DNA of 64,000 bases from Promethearchaeota archaeon (GTDB lineage: Archaea > Asgardarchaeota > Lokiarchaeia > Sigyniarchaeales > SOKP01), in NCBI GenBank assembly GCA_019894855.1, contig JAGXNS010000003.1, forward strand, positions 10,024-74,023. The letters are read 5' to 3'. The notes below the pieces were generated by a model that was given only the letters and a program-made list of their open reading frames with translations, did not search any database and was not told the DNA's origin. The translations under genes and the position numbers were made by a program. Position 1 is the stretch's first letter; every line of letters begins with the position of its first letter. Of this stretch, positions 18,760 to 28,014 are shown in pieces.

Positions 18760-20187
18760 ATGAATTTAGGTTTTGGAGCGCTTTTTCCTAGAATAGCAAT
18801 CCATTACAAATTTCCTGGATTTTTAAAAGGAGAAAAAACGAGGAATGTTTTTCAATTCATGTATTCAACTTCTAGAGGATTCGGATTCCCTATATATTTT
18901 GGTCCAGAATTCTATGGGTATATATTAACTATAGGTAAATTATTAGAACCCTTGTTTAAATGGAGCCACACTATCTGTCACAGAGCAAATCAAGCGATTT
19001 TTCTTGTTGGAAAAAAATACAGAATTAAAAGACATCATCCTGGAGAATTTGAATCCGTAATAATATCAGAGTATAAAAACAACCTCTTTAAAGGAATTGA
19101 CACCCTTTTACACGGTTATTACACGCAAGACCCAAAAACACTTGGTGTGTTTCCAAGTTTAGAAAATGCACTTGATAACGTTACATTTTCTTATTCGGTT
19201 GGAGATCACGCTATGTCTGTTGAAAGCGAAAAATCAAAGAAAATAATTAGCGTACCATTAATTACGCATGATACTATAGTTCGTAAATACAACGTGAATT
19301 TTTACGACTATTTAAATAATTTAATGGCAACAGAAAAGTTGATAAAAAGAAAGATCATCCACTTTAAACAGCTTAAAAAAGAGTTTATTAGTAATTTAAA
19401 GAGAACCGATAGAATTAAATTTAGGATTGATCAATCAAAATCATTTTCAGTTCCAAGTTTGAAAATATCTCAAAAATTTTCTAAAATTCAAGAATGTTCC
19501 CTTCATATTCGACTTATGGAAATAATTATGAAAATGCTATGGACAACTCCCCTTTATACTCACACGATTCATAAAACTATTGACGAAGAATTCAATCTTC
19601 AAAAGCAGAAACGAAATGATTTCATTACTGATTTTAGTAATTTATCAATAGATTCAATTTTTTTACTTTACATAAAGAAATTCGAAGAAAATAACTCTTT
19701 TCTTTTCAAAGAAATGGAAGTAATCAATGAGCTAATTAAACTTAGAGATCGTATGGGGACTATGTGGCTTTATTTTAAGGAGAAACATTTCAATTTTGCT
19801 TTGAAAAAACTAAACGATCTTTCTACTTTATCGTTGAATGACTTTAGTTATAGAAAAGTTGTAAATGAATACATTAATAATCTTATTCCTATTTTCTCAA
19901 TTTATGAAATTTTTAGTAGAACTCTTTCAGAATCAGTTTATCCAGAATCAGTTCCTCAAACAAAACGGTTGGGGGGGTATTTAGCTAGTATATTAACTTC
20001 AAGGTTTAATCCCTTCGGAATAAATCTAATGAATCTTTTTAATAAATTAGCGTTTAATAACTGGAGCTATCTAATAATAAACCGAAAATTAAATCAGAAA
20101 CAGTTTTTCAAATTGATAGTGAAACTTCCTATATGGAAAAATATTCCTAAAACTGTTAAAAAGGTAATATTGAGCTCAGAATTTTAA
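18760..20187 (+). CDS. Large hypothetical protein
   Basis: The long ORF is open and coding-like from 18439, with no canonical start before 18760. No recognisable domain. Confidence 0.45.
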   Translation: MNLGFGALFPRIAIHYKFPGFLKGEKTRNVFQFMYSTSRGFGFPIYFGPEFYGYILTIGKLLEPLFKWSHTICHRANQAIFLVGKKYRIKRHHPGEFESVIISEYKNNLFKGIDTLLHGYYTQDPKTLGVFPSLENALDNVTFSYSVGDHAMSVESEKSKKIISVPLITHDTIVRKYNVNFYDYLNNLMATEKLIKRKIIHFKQLKKEFISNLKRTDRIKFRIDQSKSFSVPSLKISQKFSKIQECSLHIRLMEIIMKMLWTTPLYTHTIHKTIDEEFNLQKQKRNDFITDFSNLSIDSIFLLYIKKFEENNSFLFKEMEVINELIKLRDRMGTMWLYFKEKHFNFALKKLNDLSTLSLNDFSYRKVVNEYINNLIPIFSIYEIFSRTLSESVYPESVPQTKRLGGYLASILTSRFNPFGINLMNLFNKLAFNNWSYLIINRKLNQKQFFKLIVKLPIWKNIPKTVKKVILSSEF

Positions 20188-20217
20188 ATATTCAGGTGGG
20201 AGTCGATTCTAACGAGA

Positions 20218-20829
20218 TTAGAATTCAAGAAAGCCGGGGTCGTCAAAAATATCCTCGATTTTTTTTGCCCTCTTCATGTCACTCTCGTCATGCTCTGTAA
20301 ATAAAGAATCGTCATCTGTTTTAATTCCTTTCTCTAACTCAAGAGAGTCTAGTTGAAGTAAAGCATCCTTTTCTAACCTTTTATATTCTTCTGCTTTAAT
20401 TTTCCATTTATTAACTACATCAAGGTTGATATCGTCTTCATCTTCTAAGGCCTCAGCAGCTTTAGCTTTGCAAATATCCGATAAAATAGAATATACTAGA
20501 ACTAATTCCCCCCATTCATTTTTCTTTTTAAGTTTGCCTATGCGTTTTTCTAATCTCTGAAGTTCTTGATCCGCGTAATGAATATCGATAAAATCTCCAA
20601 AGGCATCAACGGGTTCTGATATAGAATTAATTAAAACATCCTTTGTTAAGCCACAATGACCACACTTCACTGTAGCAATTGCGCTTTTCCTAATATTCTT
20701 AACCTTGACAGATTTTTCACCGCAATCCATATTAAATGGGATAACCATTTAGTTATTTGGGCACGTGAAAATCTTTGGAACTCTCTTAACTCTTTTATAT
20801 GATTGTTGTTTACGTTTCCTTCTTCCCAT
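20218..20829 (-). CDS. elf1: Transcription elongation factor Elf1 homologue with an acidic C-terminal extension, interrupted by a 30-nt BHB mini-intron
   Basis: Exon 1 (20755-20829) encodes MGRRKRKQQSYKRVKRVPKIFTCPN. Exon 2 (20218-20724) encodes CGEKSVKVKNIRKSAIATVKCGHCGL...ISEPVDAFGDFID. Joined, they match the Elf1 zinc ribbon CPxC-x20-CxxC and the LSEPVDVY-like motif. Confidence 0.75.
20725..20754 (-). other. Putative bulge-helix-bulge mini-intron (30 nt) within elf1
   Basis: Sense RNA is UGC[CCAA](AUA)[ACUAAAUGG]UUAUC[CCAUUUAAU][AUGG](AUU)GCG, with two 3-nt bulges around a 4-position helix (3 pairs plus an A-A mismatch). It contains an in-frame UAA. Confidence 0.6.
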
Positions 20830-21216
20830 TATTCAAACACTAATTATTGTATATACTAATTAAGAAAAGCATAACAAAAAAGTTTTGTTACAATAATTTA
20901 TAGTAGGCATAAAAAACATTTTATTTCCTTGAGTTCTTAATTTGGGCCTCAATTTGTTTATTGGTCTTTTAGTTTAATGAGTTTTTTATTATGATTAATA
21001 TCTTTAAAATTCATTTTTCGATTAGTAAACTTATTTTCTTTTTTATTTACATAAAATTTTTTATTAAAAGAAAAAAGAGTTCTAAGAATTTTAGAAACAG
21101 TTTAGAGCCGAATTTTAGTATAAATCGAAAAATTTTTTAGGAATGATACCTTATTTCAATTACTCTTTTTCACTGAATTATCCTAGCAGTTTAAAAAAAA
21201 TGAGTGGATTTTAGGT

Positions 21217-22317
21217 ATGGAACATACGAATTTGTCATTAGAATATGATAAGAGCTTGATAGAAAGGGTTTTGGACGATCTCGATATGAGATACATTATT
21301 ATGTTTTTATATGTTATCAGAAATGACTTGTTTAAAGACTTAAAGGATTCAAAAATTATAGAATCCTATGAGAGAGTCATTATCTTAGACGAAATATTTA
21401 AAAATAACGTATTTAACTTATGGGAAGAAAATTTTATTGATATAGCGATCGATTTAGGCTTGTTTAAAAATATTCGTAGTATTAGAGAATTTAATCATAA
21501 TGATGGGGATTTTATAATACGATTAGGAGAAGAAACAATTACAATCGAGAACGACAAAATATCAGTTCCAGACCATACTCTTTTCTTAATGATAAATAAA
21601 AAATTTAAATTTCTTACAAGAAGAAATTATAATTTAGCATTGATTAAATTAAAGGGAGTCAAATGTCAGAATAGTAATCTTATTCATCCATTTATATCTC
21701 AAATAGGAGAAAACGATTACACAATATCCGATGATATATACTACATATTAGATCAATTTGGCAACGTTTATCAAGCAATCAAAATTGAGATCACAATCGA
21801 AGGGGTTCACCAGAAATTTTTAGATATAAAAGAAAAAATTAACGAGTATATAGATATCTTTGAACCAAAATTAAGGAGTAAACCCGTTTTAAAAAAAATT
21901 TTTGAAGCGATTAAGGGTGAGAAAGATGTTTTTAAATATCTGAGGGATGAAAAAATTGAACTTCCTGATAAGTTCAACTTTGATGAAGATACAGAGAGGA
22001 ACGAAATTGGCAACGATTGGCATTTTAGAGTGATGGCAATACTGAACGCTAGGTTTAGGATGGAACAACTCGACGAGAAAATATTAGAAACCAAAAAATA
22101 TTATTCTGGAAAAGACAAAAAGTTTAGTTATCTTGAATTTATTGAAAAAGTTTCATTTAACGAAGATAATATAGTAAACAAAATTCAAAATGTTCTACTT
22201 AAATTTAGAGAGGATTTAATAAAAATTAATAAAGAACTTGAAGTATTAACGAAGAAAGAATTAAAATTATTAAATTTAGATTATGAACGGTATTTAATTA
22301 CAAGAAGTGATGATTAA
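21217..22317 (+). CDS. Hypothetical protein (gene 1 of an 8-gene cluster)
   Basis: Long ORF with no recognisable motifs. Confidence 0.4.
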   Translation: MEHTNLSLEYDKSLIERVLDDLDMRYIIMFLYVIRNDLFKDLKDSKIIESYERVIILDEIFKNNVFNLWEENFIDIAIDLGLFKNIRSIREFNHNDGDFIIRLGEETITIENDKISVPDHTLFLMINKKFKFLTRRNYNLALIKLKGVKCQNSNLIHPFISQIGENDYTISDDIYYILDQFGNVYQAIKIEITIEGVHQKFLDIKEKINEYIDIFEPKLRSKPVLKKIFEAIKGEKDVFKYLRDEKIELPDKFNFDEDTERNEIGNDWHFRVMAILNARFRMEQLDEKILETKKYYSGKDKKFSYLEFIEKVSFNEDNIVNKIQNVLLKFREDLIKINKELEVLTKKELKLLNLDYERYLITRSDD

Positions 22318-22319
22318 AT

Positions 22320-23276
22320 TTGAAGTGTTCAGCGTGTAACATCGAAATGGAACCTTTGGTTTCTGGAATTTACCAATGTCCTCAATGTCGAAAAATTGTA
22401 AAAAAAAAAGACGAAAAAGCTGAACTTGAAGATATAAAAAAGGTAGAAAAAGGAAAATTTCTCGAAGGAGAATATTTTCATAATATCGCAAGTATAAATA
22501 AAAAATACGAAGTGTGCGAACAAGGTATTATAATAAGCAAAACTGAAACTCGTTTATTTGCTGCGTTAATCTGTCATAGTGCTTATTTAAGAGAAGAAAA
22601 ATACGTGAGACTCTCATGGTGGAAAAGTTTTCAGCATGCTGGCATGTTTAAAATCTATGAAAAAGATGTATTAAATAACCTAATAGTCACATTAGAAAAA
22701 ATTAATAAGGATTTTGACGATATTTGGACTTGGGGCGGAACATATGTAAAACAAGAACCTAAAACCAAAGATGCACTAGAGAAGGAAAAATACTTAGACT
22801 TAATAAAATTCAGGATTTTAGAACATCGAACTTGCCCAAAATGTCAAAAAAAAATGACAAAAAAGAAATCTCATTACGAATGTCAACATTGTGGTGAAAT
22901 AGTTATACTGGAGGGGTATAATCAACCAATTTTTAACATACAATCATCAGAGTTGGATTTGCGTTTTCAAACTAATTTCCCAATCAATTATTACTTACCA
23001 GTAAGCGGTATAACTGTGAAGTGGTTAATGGGGGAGTGGAAAGCACTAGCGGTTATTCACGCTAAAGATAATCCTAATAAGCGATGGCTAAGATTTTATT
23101 GGTGGATGCGAGACTTAAGCAGTCTATTAAAGTACGGGCAGAGAGAAATAGGTGAAGGAATCCAAATGGGCTGGAAAGCCCAAAAGGGCGTAGCGTCTCC
23201 TAATATTTATGATAAAAAACTTGTAACGCCATTAATCAATGCCTTAAAGAGAATAAAACAAGAGTTAAATTGGTGA
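22320..23276 (+). CDS. Hypothetical protein with an internally duplicated zinc-ribbon plus WW-motif module
   Basis: CSAC..CPQC then ..ALICHSAY..YVRLSWWKS. This is repeated as CPKC..CQHC then ..ALAVIHAK..WLRFYWWMR. Confidence 0.45.
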   Translation: MKCSACNIEMEPLVSGIYQCPQCRKIVKKKDEKAELEDIKKVEKGKFLEGEYFHNIASINKKYEVCEQGIIISKTETRLFAALICHSAYLREEKYVRLSWWKSFQHAGMFKIYEKDVLNNLIVTLEKINKDFDDIWTWGGTYVKQEPKTKDALEKEKYLDLIKFRILEHRTCPKCQKKMTKKKSHYECQHCGEIVILEGYNQPIFNIQSSELDLRFQTNFPINYYLPVSGITVKWLMGEWKALAVIHAKDNPNKRWLRFYWWMRDLSSLLKYGQREIGEGIQMGWKAQKGVASPNIYDKKLVTPLINALKRIKQELNW

Positions 23277-23301
23277 AACTGAAAAAAACCATACCATTAA
23301 G

Positions 23302-24450
23302 GTGAACAAAATGGAAAGAAATCAAGAAAGCACTTGGCATGAACTGCTTCAAGACTTCGAGAGGGGCTTAGAAAAAGCTATTGATGAACTCGAAAAACGA
23401 GATGTGGAAAACATACCTGGTGCAAAGGAAGCTTTAAAACAAAGGTTAAAGAATATGAAGCTTCATTTTCCTAAAAATAATGGTGAAATTTTCTTAAAAT
23501 CCATTGACGACAAAATTCAAAACGCGTTTTTCCCAAACACAAACGATTTTTCTGAAGCATTTCAAAAGATAATAAAATCTCGTACTCACGAACAGGATTT
23601 TATCATAAACGAGCTGTTAAACGGATTTGTGGCATCAAAAGCCAAAGCTGTTGCTACGGGAACTCAAGGACCTGTAATTGATAGAATGGTTGAAGCTTTT
23701 AGTAAAAGAAATGATTTTCATATTATTGATTATCAATTTTATGCTATGTTTGGAGACCCAAATAAGCCTCGACACTATATTAAAAGCCAACTTGAAGAGT
23801 TAGTTAAATTATTTGGTCTCGTGTCAAAAGAATTAATTATCGAAAAAGATGTTAGAAAAAGTGAAGAAAAAATATTCACTTTTTACACTTTTCCGGAAAA
23901 AATTATTAAAATACTTGAAAAGAAATATTTAATCCTAGACGAAAAACTAGGATATACGTACGTTTCTGAAGCATTTGATAGAAATGTATTCATATGTATG
24001 TTCTTAGCAAATGTGGCCATTAATAGGGATGATTTAGATAAGATTGGTGGATCTTATACATTGAATGGTATCTCAGCCATTTTTGCATTAATTCTGCTGT
24101 TAAGTTTTTTACCTAAATTATCAGTAGATGAAACAAACCCCATCCTTAACGATCCTAATTACGATGCAGATACTATGAGTGTAATACCTAAATCTTGGAT
24201 GATGAGACAAGTTTTAGAACCGTTGTTCGAACCTTTAATTAAAATCATTGCTTACAGATTAGGGGGCGGTTTATGGTTGTCTAAAATAATTGAATCAGAT
24301 ATTAATAAAAAAATCCATAATCAAATACGTTTTTTGATTAAAGATGTCAATAAATGGGTTCTCGGTCAACTCGTAAGAGTAGAAATACCAATTTTCGTAG
24401 AAATTTCGAATATATTCACAGAAATCATAGTGGGCTACGATGAAAGTTAA
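23302..24450 (+). CDS. Hypothetical protein
   Basis: Long ORF with one hydrophobic segment (ISAIFALILLLSFL). The likely start is ATG 23311. Confidence 0.4.
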   Translation: MNKMERNQESTWHELLQDFERGLEKAIDELEKRDVENIPGAKEALKQRLKNMKLHFPKNNGEIFLKSIDDKIQNAFFPNTNDFSEAFQKIIKSRTHEQDFIINELLNGFVASKAKAVATGTQGPVIDRMVEAFSKRNDFHIIDYQFYAMFGDPNKPRHYIKSQLEELVKLFGLVSKELIIEKDVRKSEEKIFTFYTFPEKIIKILEKKYLILDEKLGYTYVSEAFDRNVFICMFLANVAINRDDLDKIGGSYTLNGISAIFALILLLSFLPKLSVDETNPILNDPNYDADTMSVIPKSWMMRQVLEPLFEPLIKIIAYRLGGGLWLSKIIESDINKKIHNQIRFLIKDVNKWVLGQLVRVEIPIFVEISNIFTEIIVGYDES

Positions 24451-24467
24451 TAGCAATGATAAATTGA

Positions 24468-25784
24468 GTGAGAATTATGAGTTATAAAAAAAAATCGACA
24501 AGGAATGTTAGGCCTGGGAGAAAAAGGGAGAAATGGACCGATATCTTACCAAGGTACCTTACGTTTTTAACTCATATGCGCCCAATTCTAAGAGAAACAA
24601 GAAGGATAATAATTGATTTGGATGCTGACCTTCTTTTAGATACAGAAATTCTAGACAAAATCCGAGAAGAGGAAGAAAAACGAAACTTTAGAAAAGTGAG
24701 AGCTTTATCAGAATTTTCCGCAATGTACAGGTCAAACATATATGAAATTATTAAAGATTTCTTAGTTAAATATAGGAATCAAATACCTATTTTTGATATT
24801 AAAGATTATATTATTGAATTCTTATACGAATCAGTCGGGGCTCTCAATGTTTTGTTACACATCACTAATCCAGACGAAGCAAATTTAGAAAACACAATTT
24901 TATATGTTTTAGTTAAATTTATTGAAGAACGGCTCTTCCCGAGAGGTAGAAATTTAAGCATTATATATAGTAAATTATTAGGTTATTCTTCAGATTTGTA
25001 CGATTGTCAAAGACATATGCTCCAACCACATACTTATTATCGAGAAAAATTAGAATCCTCTGATTTGTTTGAAATTCCGGGAATTTCCCCTAAAGTTTAT
25101 AATATCATTAATAATATAACCTCACTCTTTAATTTGGATCCGAATTTCGGAGAATTCCCTGAAAGAGAAAATCAAGAACTGCCAATAATATTAAAATCTG
25201 AAGTATTCGATCCATATATTGATTCTATAGCAAATGCAGAAGAAGAAGCTATCGAACAAATTTCTGAACGATTCGGATTGCGAATAATAGACGGAATTTT
25301 TCTGGTTCCAAGAGAGGGCTTAGTAGATTTACTAACAGAAAATAATTTTTTACGAAAAAATTCACAATCAGATGGAAAAGTACGATTAATACCACAACTA
25401 AGCAATGAAAGCTTGTTTCTCTATTATTTAGCTTTCTCATCCCAGCGAAGAGGATTTTTATCGAAGGAATTAATAAATTGGATTTCAATGAATTTTGCTT
25501 TTTTGATTTATATGGGTATATTGAAGTGGAAATTGTCAGACCAAAACATTTTCTATCCTATCTTTAAGGATTTACAAACAAATGAGAAGATTTTACCTTA
25601 TTTGATGAAGCTTCTCTGTTTTCCCAACTATCTAGGTATTGATAAAATGAAAATACGTGATTCTCCGCAATACAGAAAAGAAATTTTTAACTTCATTGGT
25701 TCTCAAATCGATAACCTTAAAGATTTTATCTTAGAAATAGCAGAATTTTGTGAAAAATTTGATAAACAAAGAAAAAATAACTAA
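24468..25784 (+). CDS. Hypothetical protein
   Basis: Long ORF with a basic N-terminus (KKKSTRNVRPGRKREK). The likely start is ATG 24477. Confidence 0.4.
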   Translation: MRIMSYKKKSTRNVRPGRKREKWTDILPRYLTFLTHMRPILRETRRIIIDLDADLLLDTEILDKIREEEEKRNFRKVRALSEFSAMYRSNIYEIIKDFLVKYRNQIPIFDIKDYIIEFLYESVGALNVLLHITNPDEANLENTILYVLVKFIEERLFPRGRNLSIIYSKLLGYSSDLYDCQRHMLQPHTYYREKLESSDLFEIPGISPKVYNIINNITSLFNLDPNFGEFPERENQELPIILKSEVFDPYIDSIANAEEEAIEQISERFGLRIIDGIFLVPREGLVDLLTENNFLRKNSQSDGKVRLIPQLSNESLFLYYLAFSSQRRGFLSKELINWISMNFAFLIYMGILKWKLSDQNIFYPIFKDLQTNEKILPYLMKLLCFPNYLGIDKMKIRDSPQYRKEIFNFIGSQIDNLKDFILEIAEFCEKFDKQRKNN

Positions 25785-25809
25785 ATTAGAATAAAAAGAG
25801 AAGAGAAAA

Positions 25810-26919
25810 ATGAGCAATTCAAAAGAAGATGGAGGCAAGAACATAACTTTCACTGAAGATGTCATTAAAAATAGGTTAGGCAAATATGGCGCGGTGTATT
25901 TTCCTTCCACAATACAAGAATCAATCGATGATATTCTAGGTAATGAGAACAAAAAAGAAATTTTACACGATTTCTTTAAAGCTTTGAAGAAATACTATGA
26001 ATTTAGTAAACGATTAAAAGGTGCAAAACTCAACCCTAGTTTGACTGTTCTCTTGTATGGTCCTCCAGGTACAGGTAAAACTTCTCTTACGAGAGGGTTT
26101 GCAAAACATTACGATATTCCAATATGCGTAGTAGAAACGGATAGGTTAGTTTCTCCTTTGCTAGGAGATACGATAAAACAAATTAGGAATGTTGTGGATC
26201 TTGCGGCAGAAATAGCAAAGGAACGAGGTAATTTTATCCTATTCTTTGATGAAATAGATTCTATAGGCTCCGAAAGGTCAAATATTCATGAAGTAGGTGA
26301 GATCAAACGAGCTGTTATTTCATTTTTACAAGTAATTGATAGAATAAATTATGAAGGAGTACCCTTAGCAATATTTGGGGCTACAAATCATCAAAATCAA
26401 TTAGATTCAGCGATTTGGAGGCGGTTCACGTTTCACTTTAGCTTTGAATTCCCAGATTATCATCTGAGAAGAAAAATAATTGAATCGTTCCTTGCAAAAG
26501 TTAAAATTGCGAAAATTGGTGTTGATGACTCAATTTACTCAAATTTAACAGAAGAATACGAGAAGATTCAAAAGATACATAGTAATCTTTCACATAAACT
26601 AGGATATGAAATTTCCGAGTTTAGTGATACTCTACTTTGGGATGAAATTAATAAAAATAATAAAAACGAAGGATTGTTAGAGCTCACAATAGGATTTTCA
26701 GGCTCAGATATTGAAAGAGGAACAAAGGTTTCACTTTTAAAAGCTATTAACACAGAGCGATTAACTTACGATTTATTTTACAATTCTTTAAAATTAGTGG
26801 GAGGGACCGCTATGCATGTTGAAAGACAAGATAATTTAAGCGATTCAAAGAAAATTTTTTTAAAATCTTCGAAAAATAAGCAGGAAAAACGCAATATGAA
26901 AGGTCCTCCAGAGATCTAA
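25810..26919 (+). CDS. Classical-clade AAA ATPase (single AAA domain)
   Basis: Walker A LLYGPPGTGKTS, Walker B ILFFDEIDS, second region of homology GATNHQNQLDSAIWRRF. Confidence 0.85.
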   Translation: MSNSKEDGGKNITFTEDVIKNRLGKYGAVYFPSTIQESIDDILGNENKKEILHDFFKALKKYYEFSKRLKGAKLNPSLTVLLYGPPGTGKTSLTRGFAKHYDIPICVVETDRLVSPLLGDTIKQIRNVVDLAAEIAKERGNFILFFDEIDSIGSERSNIHEVGEIKRAVISFLQVIDRINYEGVPLAIFGATNHQNQLDSAIWRRFTFHFSFEFPDYHLRRKIIESFLAKVKIAKIGVDDSIYSNLTEEYEKIQKIHSNLSHKLGYEISEFSDTLLWDEINKNNKNEGLLELTIGFSGSDIERGTKVSLLKAINTERLTYDLFYNSLKLVGGTAMHVERQDNLSDSKKIFLKSSKNKQEKRNMKGPPEI

Positions 26920-26966
26920 TACATTTTTTTTAATTACTTAATAAAAGATTTAATTTACTTGATAAA

Positions 26967-28001
26967 ATGGAAACAGAACTATTTAACCTTGAAAAGATAA
27001 AGGGGCTAACCGCACCCATTAAAAATTTACAAGGAAAGGTCAACCAGGTATCAAACCTCGTAAAAAATTTAGAATCTGAGCAACAGATTGCTTCATTATA
27101 CGACGAAAACGATTCATTTTTAAAAGATTTCACACAATTAACTAAATTAGTAGAGAAAATCAACGATAATTTAAAGATTGTCTCAAACCACAACATTAAC
27201 AAATTTTTAAAGTTGAAAAACTATTTAATCAATAAATACAAGCAATCGATTAATGATAGACTGAAAATCATTGATTTGGACAATGACTATCTAACACAGA
27301 TTGGCCTTTCTTTAATTGAAAATAAAAAAATTAGTAAAATAATTGAAAAAATTAACCACGTTCCTTCTGTTAGCATTAAACAATGGCTTGATTTAATAGA
27401 TTCTTTAAATCAGAACACCCTTTTTCTAAAATCTGTTGACATTCTGAGAGAACACTATAAAATAAATTTACAGAACAAATTAAAAAAGGAACTGGCTAAA
27501 ATACCCTATAATGTAGAACCTTTCATAATCGAAGATTTTAAAAGACAGTTTCATATTACACCCGAGATAAACTACACTAAATTCATTCAATCGCTTGAAC
27601 ATAAACTGACTGAAGAAGAATTAAAATCGAAGAAAGAAATCTTGGAAAAAAACAAAAAAAGACAAGAAATTGAAGAACTAAAAAAACGACAAGAAGAGCA
27701 ATCAGAATCTTACGAGAGTTATTTAAAATTATCTAATAAAGAATTCAAAAGAATGTTGCGAAAACAGAAGCGTGAAAAATTAACTGACATTAATGATACG
27801 GAAAACGATAAAACATTTGAAATAACAGAAGAAATCTCTCAAAAAATCGAGATGTTTAAAAAACAAATGGATAAAAGATCTAATGAACATCACGTTACTC
27901 TCGGTGATTCCAGTGCAGACCCAATAGAATTAATTAAGGAAAGAAAAAGAAAAAGAAAAGAAGAATATGACAAATTTAAGGATCATTTTGAAAGTGATTA
28001 A
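26967..28001 (+). CDS. Coiled-coil, highly charged hypothetical protein
   Basis: K/E-rich helical repeats (KKRQEIEELKKRQEEQ, KERKRKRKEEYDKFK). Confidence 0.4.
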   Translation: METELFNLEKIKGLTAPIKNLQGKVNQVSNLVKNLESEQQIASLYDENDSFLKDFTQLTKLVEKINDNLKIVSNHNINKFLKLKNYLINKYKQSINDRLKIIDLDNDYLTQIGLSLIENKKISKIIEKINHVPSVSIKQWLDLIDSLNQNTLFLKSVDILREHYKINLQNKLKKELAKIPYNVEPFIIEDFKRQFHITPEINYTKFIQSLEHKLTEEELKSKKEILEKNKKRQEIEELKKRQEEQSESYESYLKLSNKEFKRMLRKQKREKLTDINDTENDKTFEITEEISQKIEMFKKQMDKRSNEHHVTLGDSSADPIELIKERKRKRKEEYDKFKDHFESD

Positions 28002-28014
28002 ATATTAAAGCGGA

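Noticed and set aside
20746-20751. In-frame stop in elf1 as stop-codon readthrough or selenocysteine/pyrrolysine recoding
   Set aside because: The codon is TAA, not TGA or TAG. Readthrough would also leave a Cx12C spacing in place of the family's CxxC knuckle. Excision of 30 nt explains both.
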